This document shows, in pieces, positions 12,922 to 26,207 of a DNA stretch of 64,000 bases (positions are counted from its first letter, which is position 1; each line of letters begins with the position of its first letter). Under the pieces are notes generated by a model. That model was not told the DNA's origin and did no database searches. It worked only from the letters and a program-made list of their open reading frames with translations. Location of the stretch: assembly GCF_009914755.1 (NCBI RefSeq), contig NC_060926.1, one strand, 5' to 3'. Position numbers and translations under genes: made by a program. The stretch is from the human T2T-CHM13v2.0 reference genome, Homo sapiens.

Positions 12922-13728
12922 TGGTTTTTTCTTCTTGTTCCCATTTTATTCTCACATTTTCAGACCATGGGCTTACTACTCCACTGAGCACATTTTGTGA
13001 GAGTGCTCACAGCCCTGGGCCCGGTTGCTGTTTCCTGATCTCAGTCTTATCAACTTGATCTTGCTTTGCTGTCATTTATACATTTTCTCATTAGCTTTCT
13101 CCCCATTTCTTCTTTGTCTGCTTCCTTCTTCCTTCTTTAACTAACTCCTCACCTGCAACTGGGGGGACTTGGATTCTTGACTGGGCTTATGTGAAAACTG
13201 ATTGTAAAACAGATAGGTAAGTAGGGAATGAGGAGGGTGTTTTACAAGAAAAAAAAAATGACTAAGATACAGGAACCCAACCTAAAGAGGAAAAGACATA
13301 CAGTTCAAAGGAGGCAGAAAGAAAAACATTACAGATACTCAAATATATTGATAATCATAACACTTTCTGGAAGATTAAAAAAATGCTGAAACATGAATCC
13401 CTTGCTAGAGAAATTACAAAGCCAAGAAAATAGATAGGTCTGAGGATTAGGGAGCTGTTCAGTTGCTAGGAGGAACACAAAAGCACAGACCCCAGACTAC
13501 AATGGGTATGAAACCCTCTGCACGCCTTTTGTTGTCCATCCCTTGCCAAAGCTGTTATGTAAAACCCTCCGGGGGAATGAATGAAATTATGTTTATACAG
13601 TTCTTTCTATATAAGTGCAGAAGAATCATGTTAAATAAATCTACAGGGCAGGATTGTTAGTTTTTCTCCTTCTCAAGCAAACTTCAGTGCTGTCAGATAA
13701 CTTCTCCATGTGTTTTTTTTTCTCTTAG

Positions 13729-13794
13729 AATGAGCCCTTCCTGAGAACCCCTCGGAATAGTAACTACACGTACCCCATCAAGCCAGCCATTGAG
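13729..13794 (+). CDS. PLB1: PLB1 exon I (66 nt; NEPFLRTPRNSNYTYPIKPAIE)
   Basis: ttttctcttAG|AAT ... GAG|GTaacc. Confidence 0.93.
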
Positions 13795-14539
13795 GTAACC
13801 CCTGACTCACATCTGCCTCTCTCAGACACAAACCATTTCCACCTGCCAGGGGCTCGGGTGTGGTACAGGTTTCAGAGTATTCACTGAAGCAGAAATGTAC
13901 TTCTTACATACTGGGGATTGGAATGTACAGAAAAGGCTCCCGGACCACGAAGCCCCAGGATTGTCCTAACATGTTCTCAAGTTGCTTACCTGACGTCAGC
14001 CCCCAAGCAGAGGAAGTGTCTATGGATCGATTTTCTTTGACCTTGGCAATCCTGGGCTCACAGACGTGGTTACTGCTTAGGCAGCTCAGCCTCTCAAGAG
14101 GGAGAGGCAGCTGGTGTGATGTGGCGTTGACTTCTTGGAAGGTGGAGGCTGAGTGGGAGGGAACTACAATTCTGGGGATGGGACCCAAAAGGAAGTGGAG
14201 GCACGTTCATGTTCCTGTGGGCCCCTAGGCCTTGTTTGGTTCAAGTCAATCATTCTAGTGCTGAGGATTCAGAGCCCATGGTTAATTCCATTGGATTAAC
14301 CATGTCTGTGAGCCTAGGACGGCCACTGCAAAGACGGCCTGGAGGACCCCGGACTATACCATGACTGGCAGTCAGGCCTGGTCCGGATCAGGTCTGTTGG
14401 TCACCAGGATGGGGTTTGACCCGCAGTTTCAGTTTCACACCTATATTATATCCAGTCTCATGTTAGGGGCTAGAAGGCATGCAGAGAAGTATCGAACATG
14501 GTCCGGACCAAGGGAAGTGAGAGCCCAGTAGAATTTCAC

Positions 14540-15120
14540 AATTATTGAGCACATACTATGTGCCAGACACTATTCCAGGAAGACAGAAATGTTAACCAGA
14601 CAGATGGATCCCGGCCCTCACGTAGCTTACAATCTACTGAGAAAGGTGTCTTATATACATGGCTAGGCATGGTCATTTCAGATAGTGATGACAGCTCTGA
14701 GGAGCGTGATGGGGCTGGGGCAAGGGAGGCAAATTCAGGTGCACCATGCAGGCCAGGCCTTCCTGAGGTGAGATTTAAACTGAGACATGCATAATGAGGA
14801 GACACTTGCTATACAGGGAGCCAGGAACACAGTCCCAGGCAGAAGGACCATGGACCACACAGGCTCAGAAGTGGGACTGTGTTGGGTGTATTTGGGGAAG
14901 AGAAAGAAGGTCAGAGTGGCTGGGGGCATGAGAATGAGGTGGAGAGTGGGGGAAATGAGATCAGGAGTGCCAAGGAGCCAGATCACACAAAGCCTGAATT
15001 ACTGAGTAAAACCACTGGATTTCAAGTGGAGAAAGATGGGAAGGCATTGGCGGTCTCAGGAGAGAGTGACATGATCTGGTTCACGTCTTTCAAAGATCTC
15101 CCTGACTGCTATGTGTAGAA
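14540..15120 (-). mobile_element. L2 fragment
   Basis: attattgagcacatactatgtgccagacac... typical antisense L2 3' end and body. Confidence 0.7.
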
Positions 15121-15594
15121 TGGGTTGGCCATCAGCAGGAGTGATTGGGGAAAGACATTTTATAAGCCAGCTGAAGAAACTAACCCATATGAAATCATTA
15201 AGAACTATTGGATGCTAAGCTCTGGGGTGCAAGCAATACCAGATTGCTGGCTGCGGGTTATGCTGTGTCCAGCCTCTCTGAATTTTCTCAGGCTCACGTT
15301 AGCCCAGTGGAGGCTTGTCCTCATTGAACCAGTGACCAAATTCCCTGAGAATTGAAATGTCAGCTGCATCTTGTGAATCAGGCATTTCTTCATTTATTCA
15401 TTTACCTATTGGATGCCTATGTAGAGTGGGCACTGCACTAAGTGCTCGGTAGACAGTGGTGAGCCGAATGGGTCTGGATCTGCCCTCTTGGTTCTTCAGT
15501 CTCATGCATCTTTGCTTTTGCTGCTGGAAGAGCTAAAAATCCCAGAGCTAGAAGGGCGTGTGTTTGTTTTAACAGCTTTCTACTCAAAGTAACC

Positions 15595-16085
15595 ACAGAA
15601 ACAAAATTCTGTCATCTGAGGTAACGTGAATGAGCCTAGAGGACATTACGTTAAGTGAAATAAGTCAGGCACAGAAAGACAAATACTACATGTTCTCACC
15701 ATATGCGGAAGCTTAAGAAGTTGACTTCACAGAAGTAGAGTATAAATAGTGGTTATTAGAGGCTGGGAAGGGTGGATGGTGGTTGGGGAGTAGAGATAGC
15801 AGAAATTGATTAACAGAAAATTACAGCTATATAGGAAGGAGAATTTCTAGTGTTTTATAGCACAGTAGGGTGACTATAGTTAACAGTTTACCATATATTT
15901 TCAAATAGCTAGAACAGCAGATTTTGAATGTTCCCAACACAAAGAAATGGTAAATATTTGAAGTGAGGGATAGGCTAATTACCCTGATTTGATCACTGCA
16001 CATTGTAGAGATGTATCAAAATATCACACTATGCCTCATAAGTATGTACACTTAATATGTCAATTAAAAATAATAAAAGCAAAAC
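15595..16085 (+). mobile_element. L1MA-type 3' end
   Basis: gaggacattacgttaagtgaaataagtcaggcacagaaagacaaatact...tatgtcaattaaaaataataaaa. Confidence 0.85.
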
Positions 16086-16104
16086 TAATAAAGTGGCCAC
16101 AAAG

Positions 16105-16215
16105 AGGCTTTACCTGGGAGCTTTTTAGAAATGCAGAGTCCTGGGCACCACCCCAAACCTGCTGAATCAGAATCTGCAGCTTAAGATCTTCAGGGGATTT
16201 GGATGCACTGATTTT
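16105..16215. mobile_element. MER5A-like DNA transposon fragment
   Basis: acctgggagctttttagaaatgcagagtcctgggc...ctgaatcagaatctgc. Confidence 0.65.
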
Positions 16216-17424
16216 GGGTGTGGTGCATGGTTCTTCCCTTGTGACGGATGAGCACGTTTCAATTCCAACCAGGATCTGTTAATCTACATGGAATATGCTT
16301 ATCTCTGGTTCACCAACTATCTGAGATATATCTCATGTGCTGATGGCTGAATAACTTTTTACGTTGCATTTTCTGTGAGTATTTGTCATCTGCACACAAG
16401 CATGCTCTTGAGTTCATTAAACCTTTAAACAGAAGAAATCCATCAGAATGATGAATTGAGCAATCCCTTGGGAAAAAACCAAATTCCATAGGATTAAGCA
16501 AATAATATTTAAAAGAAGTTCCATTTTTGCTCTCTCATGATAGGAATATTTCAACAAGTCTTATCTTCATCATCTGACTGAACAGATGAGATGAGTTTTC
16601 ATAGCATCTGGCAGTCAGACTCCTGGACAGTCAATCTGCTGGTCAAGCCCTACTCCATACTCAGTATGCATATATTTGAGACTTTGGGAAGATACTCAAT
16701 TTTCCCCCAGATTTCTGGTACTAATCATTTCTATGCCCTCTGCTTCCCATCCCACTCCTTTCCCCAGCACCTGGAAAATATGTTCTGTATTAGAGACAAA
16801 GAAAATTGACTAAAAGCATCCAGGGTTGCTTACATCAATTTAAAAACATATAAGGAATAAGGCTGTTAAGTTAAATATGCAAAAAGACATACAGGTATCC
16901 AGAAAAGACAGGCAGAAACCAGGAGCTTTACAATTTTAAAATATTTTGTGTTATTATTCTAAAAATATTTTAATTATTGTCTAGGTTCTACCATTATAAT
17001 TAGTGTCAGTTAGCTTAATTTTATAAAACACACATACCTGTAATCTCATGTTAGGCATCCAAATGCTGTGTTCCTTTGGGAGACCCACCTGTGTAGGACT
17101 TCATGGTTTTCTTCCCTGCTTTGGGGCAGCCACTGGCTCCATTCAAAGCATAGATATATGGGGATAAGAAAGGTGGTGTGTGGGTGCACATGTGGAGACA
17201 TGCACTATGGGTTGTGCATAGGGGTAGCTAGACACACCCATTTCTCCCCCTTTAATTTCCCTCCTAGCCCACCTATAACTCACAGTTCTTTCCCTCACAT
17301 GATCCTGTATGGTGACTCATTTCTAGCCTCCATCAAAAATCCCTTAGCTGGTTCTTCTTGGGCTGAAGCTTATCTCCCTGCACAATGAGTGTTGGGCACT
17401 GAATCTTTTCTCCTGTTGATTTAG

Positions 17425-17485
17425 AACTGGGGCAGTGACTTCCTGTGTACAGAGTGGAAGGCTTCCAATAGTGTTCCAACCTCTG
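17425..17485 (+). CDS. PLB1: PLB1 exon J (61 nt; NWGSDFLCTEWKASNSVPTS)
   Basis: gatttAG|AAC ... TCT G|GTgagt. Confidence 0.93.
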
Positions 17486-18038
17486 GTGAGTGAAAACATC
17501 ATCATCTCCTTCAATTAAGGGCCTTGCCGAATATCAGGTTGTGGGGAGACCCTGCAAACATACCCTGGAGCTTTAAGCAGGACTTGCTAATTCCCCTGCA
17601 GTGCAGACCTAGATCCTGCGGCCTGCCGCCACAGCTGGGCTTCCATGTGGAGGTGCACAGAGCTCTCCATTGGATGCTACTTCTTGTCTCCTTATAGTCC
17701 CAGTGGCAGTCCCTTAGGCCTCCCTGCCCAGTGAGGCAGGTAGAGTCAGGGATTGGGATCTACCTGCCTGTGCTACATGACCCTGCAGCTGGAACTTTCC
17801 TGGACCACCCCAATGTCAATCAGGCTCTTCTGAGGGTGGATGATAGCCATGGAACCCATTCCCTGCAGTGCCTTGGTTGGTCTGAATGAATGGGAGGGGC
17901 AAAACTGCTAAAGCCTTAAGCTGAAAATAAGTACAATGGGGAGCAGTGGGACAGAGTTATAGACTTCTGGTAAAATGTGTACTTTAAGAGGTAGATACCC
18001 CCAGCCCCCACAACCACCTCTCTGCTTGTCTCCCCTAG

Positions 18039-18097
18039 TCCACCAGCTCCGACCAGCAGACATCAAAGTGGTGGCCGCCCTGGGTGACTCTCTGACT
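18039..18097 (+). CDS. PLB1: PLB1 exon K (59 nt; VHQLRPADIKVVAALGDSLT), repeat-4 GDSL block I
   Basis: cccctAG|TC CAC ... ACT|GTgagt; GDSL codons 18083-18094. Confidence 0.96.
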
Positions 18098-18735
18098 GTG
18101 AGTAGTGAGCCATGAACCAGGATGGGCAGCTCAGAGTCCAGCCAGGCCCTGCGCAGAATCTGTGCTTCCCCAGCATTGGCTCCGCTTTCAGTGCTGAGCC
18201 CGTGTTACTGAGGGCCTACCCATGTCAGGCACTGAAACACAGCCAGGAGATGTAGAATGCCCTGTCTCGCCACCTTCCCAGTTCTGCTCAAAGCCCCCTC
18301 GTCCATGAGGCCTCCCCTCAATTCCCCAGGGAGAAGCAATCCCCGCCTTCCCCACTGTTCACAGGCGTTTTGTTGGTGTGTGATGGCACTCATTCAAGTC
18401 TGCCTGCCTTCATCAGGGGACTCATCTCCATCTACCCAGACTCAGAGTGGCAGGTCTTACACACACACTGCCCCATGCTCCCTACTCCATTTAAGGACAT
18501 GTGCTTTGGGGCAGAGGGAGCCCGGTTCCTCACACATAGCACAGTCTTGCTAAGTGAATTGTGTTCGCCAATTACTTAGCCATTGTTGTGTACACCAACA
18601 CTCTATTAGCAATTCTAAGGGAAATGAGGTATGAAACACAGTCATAGCCCCCCAGCAACCTGTCTGGCTGGAAAAACAAGAAACGTACACAGAAAGAAAT
18701 GCATAGTCACATAGATGACATATAGGACTTGGATG

Positions 18736-18938
18736 TTTTATTTTTATTTTTTAACTTCTAAGTTCAGGGGTACATGTGCAGGTTTGTTACACAGGTAAAC
18801 TTGTGGCATGGGGTTTGTTGCACAGATTATTTAATCACCCAGGTATTAAGCCTGGTACCTATGAGTTATGTTTCCTGATCCTCTCCCTCCTCACACCCTC
18901 CACTGTCTGATAGGCCCCCGTGTGCGTTGTTCCCCTCC
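18736..18938 (-). mobile_element. Old L1PA-type 3' end
   Basis: aagttcaggggtacatgtgcaggtttgttac...cacccaggtattaagcc...gttcccctc. Confidence 0.85.
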
Positions 18939-19962
18939 ACCTAGGACTTTTAAAATAGGGTAGTTATTTCGGTAGAAACAAACACCAGCCCCACATGTGT
19001 GTGAATGTGTTTCCATTTTGGCATGAACATGGAAAAAGATGTGGAAAGGCACATATGAGTCTGTTCACCACTAATGAGCTCTGGTGGTATTTGCATGTGG
19101 GTGAGGAGGGAGTGTGGAATCTGTGGCAAGGGGCAGGATTCTTAAGGTAGGGGTAGATTATTCGTTTGTTTAAATATTTGTATCATTTCACATCTGTTAC
19201 TTTTGTAAATTTCAAGGTTTTGTTTTTTTTTTTTTTTTTAAGACAGGGCATTTAGAGAAAGCTGTATAGAGGAGATAGGAACTGATGAGGGTCTTAGAGA
19301 ACGAATTTGGAAATGTAAGCTGCTGGAAAGGAGGGAGTTCAGCATTCCATGAGGGTATGGGAGTGGGTGGTAATGGGGTAGACCAGCTCAAGGCCCTCAG
19401 GCTTCCAAAATAATGGCAGGTAATTAGCTTAGCCCTGAAGATTTGTGTGGACTGGGAAGGAGGGAGCAAACAAGGGTAAGGAAAGTAGAAACCAGATTAT
19501 GGTGACCTCAGAAGATTGGTGGTGGGATTTGGCTTTAATCTTGAAGGTAAGGGAGACTCATTGAAGGGTCAGGGCTGGGGTTGGGGAACATGAAGAAAGA
19601 GGCATGTGCAGGAGTAACAGAAACTGGAGTCAGTTCACTCAGGCAGGAGGCCAGCGTATTGCCCGTGGCAGGGAGGTGAGGGTCTCAGTTAGGAACACGG
19701 CAAAGGGAACAGAAAGAAAGGGGCGGGTGCTAGGGAGAGTGGAAAGGAGGAACCAACAGGACTTGGTTACTGGCTGTAGGTAAAGAACTGAGGAGAAGAA
19801 TGTATCAAGACCACTCCAAGTTTAATATGGCCTGGAGAAAAGCCGGTACTATTTTTAGAAAAGGCAAATCCAGGTCCTAGCTGCTACCCCAGGGCCAGAG
19901 GAGGCTCTTCCAGTGCCCTCAGCCTATACCCCAGCCCTGAACTTTCTTTTTGCTTTTTACAG

Positions 19963-20030
19963 ACAGCAGTGGGAGCTCGACCAAACAACTCCAGTGACCT
20001 ACCCACATCTTGGAGGGGACTCTCTTGGAG
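19963..20030 (+). CDS. PLB1: PLB1 exon L (68 nt; TAVGARPNNSSDLPTSWRGLSW)
   Basis: ttttacAG|ACA ... TGG AG|GTgagg. Confidence 0.94.
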
Positions 20031-20297
20031 GTGAGGATGTTCTTGATGCATGCTCTATTGATGATGCTCTCTCAGAGAGGTGTGAGTAGTGTGTTTCCTG
20101 TCACCCCTCCAGGGATGCAGTTGGGTCCCCAGGTCCCAGCGCTGAGACAGGAGACTCAATGCTTGCATTACCCCTGAGGGTGATGGGAGAGACGCCCCAG
20201 GGGCCCAGAACCCGGTTCCGGTTCTGGCTTGTGCATATGTTGACACAGGGAGCAGCATGTTGGTGTGAGTTTAACAAATATGCTTTCTCCTCCCCAG

Positions 20298-20341
20298 CAT
20301 TGGAGGGGATGGGAACTTGGAGACTCACACCACACTGCCCA
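20298..20341 (+). CDS. PLB1: PLB1 exon M (44 nt; SIGGDGNLETHTTLP)
   Basis: tccccAG|C ATT ... CCC A|GTaagt. Confidence 0.94.
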
Positions 20342-20576
20342 GTAAGTAGCAGCCCAGAGAGGCACCATCACTGTGGCCGTCCTCCCTGGGGCCAGGGCCT
20401 TCCTGCTGGAGGAGGGGAAGAGGAGGTTATCTGCAAGAAGGGAAGTCAGCCAGCCCTGAAAAGCCCCAGAACTCCTGTGTCCCACCCATGTCCCCACCCT
20501 GCATGCTCATCTCAGTTACTGTGAGGGTCCTGCAGGCTCTCACCTGTGCTCTTCTCCTCCTCCTCCTCCTCTAAAG

Positions 20577-20676
20577 ACATTCTGAAGAAGTTCAACCCTT
20601 ACCTCCTTGGCTTCTCTACCAGCACCTGGGAGGGGACAGCAGGACTAAATGTGGCAGCGGAAGGGGCCAGAGCTAG
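20577..20676 (+). CDS. PLB1: PLB1 exon N (100 nt; [33 protein letters not shown]), block II
   Basis: (CCT)n tract, ctaaAG|AC ATT ... GCT AG|GTgagt. Confidence 0.94.
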
Positions 20677-21939
20677 GTGAGTAGATGCCGTACAGGAGGG
20701 CGAGTGGAAGGCAAGACTGAGACATCAGGGTGGGAAACCGGAGGAGAGGAGGGTGGTGTCCAGAAGCCTGGTCCCAGGGGCAATAGCAGCTGTGCAGGAC
20801 TTTCTATGTGAATTATCTCCTGAGATCCTCACACCCTTGGACAGGGGCACTGAGGCTTATAAGCTTTCCAGAACCACCAAGATTATCCAGCAAGTTATCA
20901 GAGGAGGCAGGATCAGACCATGCCTGAATCAGGAGCCTTTGCTCTGACCACTGTGCTATTACCGCCTCTCCAGGGCAGCAGGAGGCGCACATCTGCCCTG
21001 GACCCGGGCGCTGTCCCTGCTGGCTCCAGCTCCACCTCCTGCCCAGCAGGTCAAACGTGCAGGGTGGCTCTCAGCACCTCGACAACTGAGTGCATGACCC
21101 GGGGGATAGCTGCCCTTTCTCTCTCCCCACCTCACTTCAGTCTTTGGCTCTGAAAAAGCTATATTCTGACACTAGGGAGTTAGATGTCAGGGCCCCCAAA
21201 ACAGCATGGTGGCTGTTTGTTTTCACTGGGATTTCTGTTGTTGACAACAACTCAGATAATTAAAGCTGAAATGCCTGACCAGGCTCATTGATTTTCTGCA
21301 TGGAGCGTGCTGGGTGTATGCCTTGTAGAAGGATCACTATGCTCCGATCACCAGGGAAACGACACTGGCTTGACTCACTCTGTTTACAGGGAATGTTCCT
21401 TTCAGAAGTGGTAACGTGGGCCCCATGCTCTGTTTGAGTCTCTAAGCCACAGGAAGCGATGTCAGTTCCTCAACGTCACGAGCAGGAAGAAATTATTTTT
21501 CTGCAAAAACTGGGCTTTATGAGGTCATTATAGCAACATCTAATTACTGTTATTATTGTTATTATCATCATCATTTTGTTGTTCTTGTACAGTACAGGCT
21601 TCATTTTCCAGGAGGTGATTTCTCACTCTGTTGACAATCAAGCCCCTTCTTCCTTTCTCACTTCACTTCTCTTATTGCCTTTTCTATTTTACCGCTGCTC
21701 AGCTCCTCTGCCAGATGAAGTCAGTGGCCAGGGAAGTAGTTGAGAACATGGGGCTCCTTGTGGGTATCTCTGATGTCCAATGTTAGGGGAAAGGAAAGTA
21801 ATCCATTGACTTAAGAAAGGGAGGTTGGATAATTGCTCTATAACTTTCCTTTATCTCTATTCTGTTGTTTATTAGCATAGATACAGATGAGTTCACCTAA
21901 AGAGAAACATACAAACCATAGCAGAACACCTAATATCAT

Positions 21940-22130
21940 AGGGTGTGGGATCAGATCATTCGTGTCTACATTCCAGCTCCAAGGCTTGCTAGCTGTGTGA
22001 CCTTGGGCAAGTTGCCTAGCATCTCTGAGTCTGTTTCTTCAGCAATAAATAGGGATAATAATAGTACTTCTCAGGGTTGTCATAAGGATTAAATGAGATA
22101 AATAATCCGTGAAAAGAATGTAGTACCACA
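21940..22130 (+). mobile_element. MIR
   Basis: ctagctgtgtgaccttgggcaagttg...ctctgagtctgtttc...ggattaaatgagataa. Confidence 0.8.
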
Positions 22131-22304
22131 CATAATACCCACCAAAAAAGCAGTACAGTACAAATGTACCAAAAGTTTGCCATTTAATAATGGATCTTCA
22201 GTTTCAAAGTTTTTTTCATCTAACTTTCCTTCCATCAACCAATAAGAATTCATTGAACACCTGCAAAAGAGTGAACCCTAAGGTGGTTACTAAAAGATAC
22301 AAAG

Positions 22305-22627
<323 letters not shown>

Positions 22628-23449
22628 TCAAAAGATGAACTCCCTGGCCACGAAGAGCTTGCACTCTAGGTAAGGAGGCTAAACAAATGGGAAATAACTT
22701 TCTGAAAAAGACAATGCTGGGTATGGCAACAATGCAGTGCTTCGCATGGAGTACAATTAAGAGAACAGAAGAGCACACAGTATGAACTGCACTGTCTAAA
22801 GACAGATGCAGACCCAGAAGGGACCCCTGAAATCATCCAGTCCAACCTCTTCCTTTAAAAGATGGGAAAAGTCAATCCTAGCAAGATTCAGCAACTTGTA
22901 CAAGCTCAACAGCAAGTTGGTAGCAGAGCTGAAAGTAGAACCACTGGTCCCTGGGGTAAAAAAGGAAATGCAAGATGTGTGGATCAGGGAGCCCAGAGAG
23001 GAGGCTCAAGGGAAAGTAGGACTTGGTCTGGGCCTGAAGGATGGGAAGAAGATGGCTAGGAAGAGGGGAAGAAGCGGCATTTGTAACTTCCCCTCCTACC
23101 CACGAGGGCTTATTGCCCATGGATTCTCTTAGTCACACCTTGAACCTGTTAAAAGGTTAAAGGCACTTCTGTGGTCACCTTTGACCAGAAAAGTCTTTCT
23201 TTATAGCTTTCTGGTATACTCATCAATAGCAATAATGTATGGGATACAATCCTAGATCTGTAAATTCTCCTTAATGAGAAACAAGGGTAGGGATGGTACC
23301 ATGTGTGTTTGGCCACGTACCTAGCTTACCGTGGCCACCCAAAGATTTTCAGTGGCCAGCTCGCACTGGTTGCTGCTTTTATGGCTTCTTCCATGGACAC
23401 TTTCATTGGCTATATCCCCTTTGCTGACCTAACTTCTCACAGACATTTC

Positions 23450-24160
23450 TTTAAACACAGCTTTATTGAGGTATAAATGACATGCAATAAACGTCACATG
23501 TTAAAAGGATATAATTTGGCTGGGTGCGGTGGCTCACGCCTCTAATCCCAGCACTTTGGGAGGCCAAGGTAGGCAGATTGCCCAGGAGTTGGAGACCAGT
23601 CTGAGCAACTTGGTGAAACCCTGTCTCTACCAAAAATACAAAAAATTAGCCGGGCATGGTGGCATGGACCTGTAGTCCCAGCTACTCGGAAGGCTGAGAT
23701 GGGAGGATCACTTGAGCTCAGAGGGGTTGAGGCTGCAGTGAGCCGTGATCACACCACTACACTCCAGCCTGGGCAACAGAGCAAGACCCTGTCTCAAAAA
23801 GGATACAATTTAACATTGTACCTGTGAAATCATCACCACAATCAAGATGAAAAATGTGTTCATCACCCACAGGAGTTTTCTCAGGCCCCTTGGTAATCTC
23901 TCCCTCCTGCTCCTTCCTGTCCCTACCTCACACCCCAGGCAACCACTAACCTTCTTTCCATCACAATAGATTAGTTTGCATTTTTAAAAATTTTATATAA
24001 ATGGGATCAAAGAGTATATACTTTTTATCTGACTTATTTAGCAAAATGATTTTGCGATGCATCCATGTTATTCGGTATACCAATAGTTCGTCCCTTTTTA
24101 TGGCTGAGTAGTGTTCCGTTGGCATTCATATCGCTCATCCAGAACACCAAATGGTATTGT
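23450..24160 (-). mobile_element. L1MB/MC-type 3' fragment interrupted by AluJ (23518-23796, +)
   Basis: cagctttattgaggtataa...caggcaaccact...tgcatccatgtt; Alu flanked by AAAAGGATA(T/C)AATTT. Confidence 0.8.
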
Positions 24161-24755
24161 TTTATTTATGGCAGACATCAGGGGATGAAGGGAGAACTAA
24201 TCCTGTCCATCCTGGTTTATTGGAGAGGGAGAAAAAAAAAAGTGAGGAGATGGGGAATGGTGCGGAAATCTAAGTAACCACAGAAAAGAAAAACAAAAGG
24301 ATTAAAGGAGCAGAGAGCAGGGCTTAGAAGTAAAGGTTAAAGGAGTCATTAAGCCTGGAAAGGAGAAAACTGAGGGATAATTGAGAGCTGTGACTTTTCT
24401 CAAATATACAAAAGGTTATTTTTAAAACAGGCAACTGAAGAAGAAATGAACAGGCTTGGCTTACGAAGAAAGAGCTTGAGGAAGTATAAGGGAAAGTCCC
24501 TGAGGGGAGGCTTGACGGGATCCCAACCCGAGTGGCCGATGAGACTATTGGGTGGCAGGGGCTAGATCAATGTGGCTCCAGGGTCCAGGGCAGCCATGTG
24601 ATTGTTACTAAGCTGAGATTTCTTGAGAATGGAATGACCTTTGTACTGGTAACATCATTCTTCTTGAAACACCTCTCTTCCTAGGCCAAAATCCCATGTC
24701 GTGAGTCCTCGCTCCTGAGCCGGCACTAACGCCCCTCTCTCTACCCCCCACCTAG

Positions 24756-24807
24756 GGACATGCCAGCCCAGGCCTGGGACCTGGTAGAGCGAATGAAAAA
24801 CAGCCCC
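24756..24807 (+). CDS. PLB1: PLB1 exon O (52 nt; RDMPAQAWDLVERMKNSP)
   Basis: Branch point CACTAAC 24724-24730; cacctAG|G GAC ... CCC|GTgagt. Confidence 0.95.
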
Positions 24808-25488
24808 GTGAGTACAGGCCCCCAGGCCACCCCTGAAAGGTGCCCATCTCCTGCTGGCTGGGGAGGGGACAGCCCCATAAGGGTCCCTCTCACCACAGCA
24901 CTTCCTGCTTTGGGCTAGCCAAAAGATCCTCGGAGAAGCAGTCCTTACCAAGGAGGCGCCTGCCCTGGCCACACTCCTAGACGCAGGCTGTGGCACCCCT
25001 CACCCCAGGGCCGGCTGCGGGAGGGCAAGGTGGAACAGGGAGTTGGCTGAGGTGGTGGCCTTGGCCTCTGACAGCTTCCTGCTTTAACCAAGAGGTGGCT
25101 TCCCAGAGCCCTATTATGTAAATGCAAGGTTCTAAAAATAGGCTTCTCATTCCAATCCAGTTCTGCCTCCTTCCCCTCACCCTGCCCCTCTGAAACTTCT
25201 CACTAGCACTTTTTTTTTTAACCGTTCAGTGTTTATGCCTAGGAATTCAGCTCCCGGTGGGATTCCTATTATGGAGGTGGCCAAGTGGAAAGCCAACTGC
25301 TTAGAGGGCCTCCCAGCCCCAACCCCGCTTCTCAGTCCACGCTGGGCTCTTCCTCCAGTCTCCTTCCCCCGACCCTAAGAACTCATCCCAGGGGCAGCTT
25401 AGGGCCTTTGCTTCTAGCTGCATCCTTTGCCTACAGCTCCCTGGAAGGCCTTCATTTGGGGGGACGTGGTAATCCCCTCGGCATTTAA

Positions 25489-26066
<578 letters not shown>

Positions 26067-26126
26067 TAGCAACATTTGTATGTGCCTCCCACCAAGGCCT
26101 AAACTCAGGATCTTCTGTCCCCTCAG

Positions 26127-26207
26127 GACATCAACCTGGAGAAAGACTGGAAGCTGGTCACACTCTTCATTGGGGTCAACGACTTGTGTCATTACTGTGA
26201 GAATCCG
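26127..26207 (+). CDS. PLB1: PLB1 exon P (81 nt; [27 protein letters not shown]), repeat-4 block III
   Basis: ccctcAG|GAC ... CCG|GTaggc; GxND. Confidence 0.96.
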
